In this document: positions 60,859 through 64,000 of the stretch, piece by piece
Numbering within the stretch: position 1 is the stretch's first letter
Layout of the letters: each line of letters opens with the position of its first letter
Origin: Bdellovibrionales bacterium
GTDB taxonomy: Bacteria > Bdellovibrionota > Bdellovibrionia > Bdellovibrionales > Bdellovibrionaceae
Direction of reading: 5' to 3'
Length of the DNA stretch: 64,000 nucleotides
Assembly (NCBI GenBank): GCA_031370005.1
Contig: JANMPT010000097.1
Coordinates: forward strand, 64,001 to 128,000
Notes under the pieces: model-generated
Seen by the model: only the letters and a program-made list of their open reading frames with translations
Told to the model about the DNA's origin: nothing
Databases searched by the model: none
Position numbers and translations under genes: made by a program

Positions 60859-61088
60859 GCGAACTTCCTACTGAATACATCTCGCTCGCTTATAGTGTGT
60901 TTGTCTTTTTTTTACAAACTAATGTAGGCGGGTTATAATAAATGTCGCTATTACAACCTTGACTTGATAAATCCGAAAAAGTTGTCAGAGTTTTGAGACA
61001 AAATGGCATTAATTTTTACTTTTCTACACCCAACTCTTTGTGCAAAATCACTGTTATTGGTCTTGATTAATCTGATGAGTCCTGGTCC

Positions 61089-63011
61089 TTACCCGAATCC
61101 AAAAGCTTTAAGACCTTGGAAAGCTCCTACCGCCAAAACATAAGCAGCCAAATTAAATATAACTAATTGGGCCATGGCGAACTTATAAGAGTTCATCTCA
61201 CGAGCTGAAACTGCCACTGTTGAGGCACACTGTAGGGCAATCATAAAAAAGATGATTAAACTAACGACACTGGCAATGGTAAAAATTTTCTCTCCTTCGG
61301 AATTCACCGCCATTCCCATTTGAGTGAGCAAACTCTTCTGAGCAGATTCTGGATTCTTATCAGTGATGTTAAATGTCACTGCCAATGAAGACACAAAAAC
61401 TTCGCGAGCCGCAAAAGCGGAGATCAATCCCACCCCAACACGCCAATCAACTCCCATCGGATGAACCAGAGGTTCAATATAATGGCCCATCTGACCTGCG
61501 AAACTTTGCTCAAGCTTGTCCTGAGGGTTTTCAATGTCATAGTGAGGGAAGCTTGTCGCGACCCACATTAGGCTTGCGAAAATAAAAATCGGTGGCCCCG
61601 CTCTTTTTACATAAGACATCGTACGAGTTAGTGACTGGCGAAGCAAAACTTTGACGCGAGGACGACGATAAAGTGGCAGTTCCATTATGAAAAATGCATT
61701 CTGTCCTTGTGGCAAAAAACGATTGATAATTGCCGCTGCAATAGCGCCGATAAGGGCAGACGCAAAGTAAAGTGCCGTTAAAGAAAGGCCAGCTCTCCAC
61801 GCCGGTTGATCTTTAAAAACAAAAGATAGAAAAAGGGCATAGACTGGCAAACGCGCTGAACACGTCATCAAGGGTATAATGAAATTAGTAATCCAACGAT
61901 CTCGCGCCGAAGAAATATTTCTTGTAGCAATCATTGCCGGGACTGCACAGGCAAAACCTGACAATACCGGAACGAATGAGCGACCGCTCATTCCTAGCAT
62001 CGAAAAAGGTTTGTCGATCAAGGTGGCCGCCCTAGCCAGATAACCGGTGCTTTCAAGAATACCAATTCCAAAAAACAAGATAAAGATCTGTGGCACAAAG
62101 ACTAAAACAGCGCCGAAGCTCGCAACTATGCCGTTTGCTAAAAAATCAGTCCAAAGCGCCTTATCATCCAGAGAGTGCACTGCATTTGACAAAGCACTAA
62201 AAGCACCATCCACTAAATCCATCAATGGAGTTGCAAACCAGAAAATACTAGTAAAAAGAGTTCCCATGATTAAAAAAAATAAAATTAGACCTAAAATTGG
62301 ATGTAACAAAAACTGATCTAGACGTCGCGTGTTTTTCACTAACCCTTGGACCTTTTCCGCAACTTCCGCATTGGTTTGATTCATTACTTGCGAGGCCAGG
62401 ATTCCGCATTCTTTGATTTTCTTTTCACTCGTTTCAAAATCCCAAATCACTGGTTTTTGAACTTGTGCGACGGTTTTAAGTCCATGCACCGCTGCTACGA
62501 TTTCCTTCAATCCACCACCAAGCAATCCCTCGAAAGGAATCACCGGGCATTGAAATTCCTTTTCAAGTGAACTCAGGTTTATTTTAATATTTTGTTTTCT
62601 CAAAAGGTCAACCATGGTGAGAACGACTACAAATGGAAAGCCAGTTTCTCTCACGTGTTGTGCTAATTGCAAGTGACGGCCCATTTGCGTCCCATCAACT
62701 ACAACAATAATAAAATCCACACGTCCTAACTCAGGGTTTGAATATAAGGCTTTTAGAGTTACTTCCTCATCCGCACTTTTTGGATGCAAGCTATAAGTTC
62801 CCGGAGTATCCATCACAAGAAGATTTTCGTCTTCAGCAAGCCGCAAGTGTGGGGCTAGCTTTCCTAAAGAGTACTCAACCGTGGCTCCCGGGTAATTCAC
62901 AGTTTTAAAGTTTGAACCCGTCAACCAGTTATAAAGCGTAGTCTTACCAGAATTCGGGGCTCCAACAAGAGCAACACAAGGGGCCTTTACAATACCTGAA
63001 TCAGTGTGCAC
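61089..63011 (-). CDS. feoB: Ferrous iron transporter B
   Basis: GAPNSGKT, VNYPGATVE, DTPGTYSL, GYLARAA, GFACAVP, MTCSARLP, MELPLY, AAREV. Confidence 0.96.
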   Translation of the reverse strand: MHTDSGIVKAPCVALVGAPNSGKTTLYNWLTGSNFKTVNYPGATVEYSLGKLAPHLRLAEDENLLVMDTPGTYSLHPKSADEEVTLKALYSNPELGRVDFIIVVVDGTQMGRHLQLAQHVRETGFPFVVVLTMVDLLRKQNIKINLSSLEKEFQCPVIPFEGLLGGGLKEIVAAVHGLKTVAQVQKPVIWDFETSEKKIKECGILASQVMNQTNAEVAEKVQGLVKNTRRLDQFLLHPILGLILFFLIMGTLFTSIFWFATPLMDLVDGAFSALSNAVHSLDDKALWTDFLANGIVASFGAVLVFVPQIFILFFGIGILESTGYLARAATLIDKPFSMLGMSGRSFVPVLSGFACAVPAMIATRNISSARDRWITNFIIPLMTCSARLPVYALFLSFVFKDQPAWRAGLSLTALYFASALIGAIAAAIINRFLPQGQNAFFIMELPLYRRPRVKVLLRQSLTRTMSYVKRAGPPIFIFASLMWVATSFPHYDIENPQDKLEQSFAGQMGHYIEPLVHPMGVDWRVGVGLISAFAAREVFVSSLAVTFNITDKNPESAQKSLLTQMGMAVNSEGEKIFTIASVVSLIIFFMIALQCASTVAVSAREMNSYKFAMAQLVIFNLAAYVLAVGAFQGLKAFGFG

Positions 63012-63223
63012 TGAGCCTCCTCCGCTCTGAGTGCTATAAAGCTGGTCCCGAATTGAATAAGTAAAGGGCCTTGCAGTGGTGCACGGCCAAGTAGTTTGAT
63101 AGATTGGCCTTTATGAAGTCCCATTTCATGAAGCCGTTCACAAATGGCAGTCGAGCCCACAATATTCGTAATTTGCAGATCAGCGAACTTAGCATGATTT
63201 TGAAAGTAATTAAAAAGTGTCAT
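62987..63223 (-). CDS. feoA: Ferrous iron transport protein A
   Basis: RLHEMGL, APLQGP, IALRAEEA; overlaps the feoB start. Confidence 0.92.
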   Translation of the reverse strand: MTLFNYFQNHAKFADLQITNIVGSTAICERLHEMGLHKGQSIKLLGRAPLQGPLLIQFGTSFIALRAEEAQCTLIQVL

Positions 63224-63250
63224 TGCTTCTTATACGCCTCGAGCCTCCTA

Positions 63251-63269
63251 ATTGATAAGAACATTCAAC
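63251..63269. promoter_or_regulatory. Putative Fur-type operator upstream of feoA
   Basis: ATTGATAAGAACATTCAAC (TTGA-N9-TCAA), ~30 nt upstream of feoA; a second TTGATAAT half-site at 63283. Confidence 0.5.
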
Positions 63270-63299
63270 TAGCCGCCACTTGTTGATAATCCACTGAGA

Positions 63300-63434
63300 A
63301 AGCTACCCGGTCGCTTTTCCGGACCAAATCAATTTAAATATACAGAGGCCTAAAAGAGGCTATGAGTGTTTTGTTGTGCTATGTCCAAGACTAAATTTTA
63401 TTGAATTTGGTCCGGAAAAGCGACCGGGTAGCTT
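63300..63434. repeat. Perfect 30-bp inverted repeat with a 75-bp spacer (MITE-like)
   Basis: AAGCTACCCGGTCGCTTTTCCGGACCAAAT (63300-63329) is the exact reverse complement of 63405-63434. Confidence 0.9.
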
Positions 63435-63477
63435 CTGGATCTTCAGCTAGTTTTGTATTTGGGGGTTGGACCTTCGG

Positions 63478-63504
63478 TTAAGTTTCACGACCAAATGCCG
63501 ATCC
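63478..63504 (+). promoter_or_regulatory. Putative sigma28 (FliA) promoter
   Basis: TTAAGTTT-N11-GCCGATCC, close to the TAAAGTTT-N11-GCCGATAA consensus; ends 7 nt before ATG 63512. Confidence 0.6.
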
Positions 63505-63511
63505 AAAAGTT

Positions 63512-64000
63512 ATGAAATCACTTCTTTGGTTTAGCATTTTGGCGATTTTTACCCCTTTGGCACAAGCTGAAAACTTCTATTCACCAATCTTATGCAAAAT
63601 AAATGAAACCTATCTCTTCGTCCAAAACAAGAGCATTGAACCTCGTTTTTTTTGGTTTCAATCCCTGGGAGCTACCCCCTTTGCAGAATCCCATGTGGAA
63701 ATCAAAGCTCAAGGGAACCTCATTCTACCCTTGCAGGAGTACTATCACGCCAATGAGACTGCAATCGCCATAAAGACCCAAGACAATTCCCTGACTTTCA
63801 AAGCCTTTTGTAAATCAAACCAACTTACTTGGAATATAGAAGCCGCAAACTCCCCTTGGAAGAAGATCTCAGTATCCCCTCAAGACTCCGAGCTACGACT
63901 CCATTTAGCTAACCTTTCCCAGCAAACAAACACTCTAGAAATTAGTTATAAATCACAAAATAACTGGACCTCTCAGTCAGTGACCTTGCCCGAAGATTTC
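63512..64000 (+). CDS. Secreted hypothetical protein; runs off the window
   Basis: Manual translation is open to the end: MKSLLWFSILAIFTPLAQA-ENFYSPILCKINE...; AxA signal-peptide cleavage site. Not in the ORF track. Confidence 0.75.
   Translation, partial: MKSLLWFSILAIFTPLAQAENFYSPILCKINETYLFVQNKSIEPRFFWFQSLGATPFAESHVEIKAQGNLILPLQEYYHANETAIAIKTQDNSLTFKAFCKSNQLTWNIEAANSPWKKISVSPQDSELRLHLANLSQQTNTLEISYKSQNNWTSQSVTLPEDF

Noticed and set aside
60859..61088. FNR/Crp box upstream of the heme-porin operon
   Set aside because: Only TTGAT half-sites are present, without a properly spaced ATCAA.
63405..63434. GGTCCGGAA resembles part of SRP (4.5S) RNA helix 8
   Set aside because: The flanking CAGG and GGAAGCAG needed for the SRP helix are absent, and the bases belong to the 30-bp inverted repeat.
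1..64000. CRISPR array, rRNA, transposase, riboswitch or frameshifted pseudogene
   Set aside because: None recognised by eye; intergenic gaps are short and the major ORFs look intact. A covariance-model search could still find small RNAs.

Overview
A chromosomal window from a predatory Bdellovibrionota-like bacterium. The taxon is inferred from the Agl-Glt gliding cluster, the ftsH-cdaA-cdaR-glmM-pdxJ order, small secreted hypotheticals and sigma28-type promoters. The first ~34 kb is mostly minus-strand housekeeping: glnD, mutS, purB-ldcA-serine hydrolase-mpl, iscS-like/mnmA/mtaB/rnc/era/der, tilS-ftsH-cdaA-cdaR-glmM-pdxJ-tsaE, glpX and pgsA. After tRNA-Gly(GCC) come accessory blocks. These are (1) a sulfur/redox cassette: thioredoxin, BigR/SqrR-like ArsR, SAM methyltransferase, rhodanese, TolC-like, RND without an adaptor, and DUF2892; (2) an HD-GYP gene; (3) a ten-gene Agl-Glt-type gliding cluster; (4) a TauE-DUF1634-metallophosphoesterase-DUF4337 unit; (5) a GT4/polysaccharide-deacetylase fusion; (6) a three-gene heme-porin + diheme lipoprotein + monoheme cytochrome c operon beside feoAB; and (7) a perfect 30-bp inverted repeat. 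The best candidate for an undescribed system is the Cyc2-like porin-cytochrome operon at 58669-60858. Recurring regulatory patterns are an RTCTCA-N3-TGAGAY palindrome and apparently leaderless sigma28 genes. No CRISPR array, rRNA, integrase or transposase was seen. All family calls come from reading motifs by eye, not from database searches.
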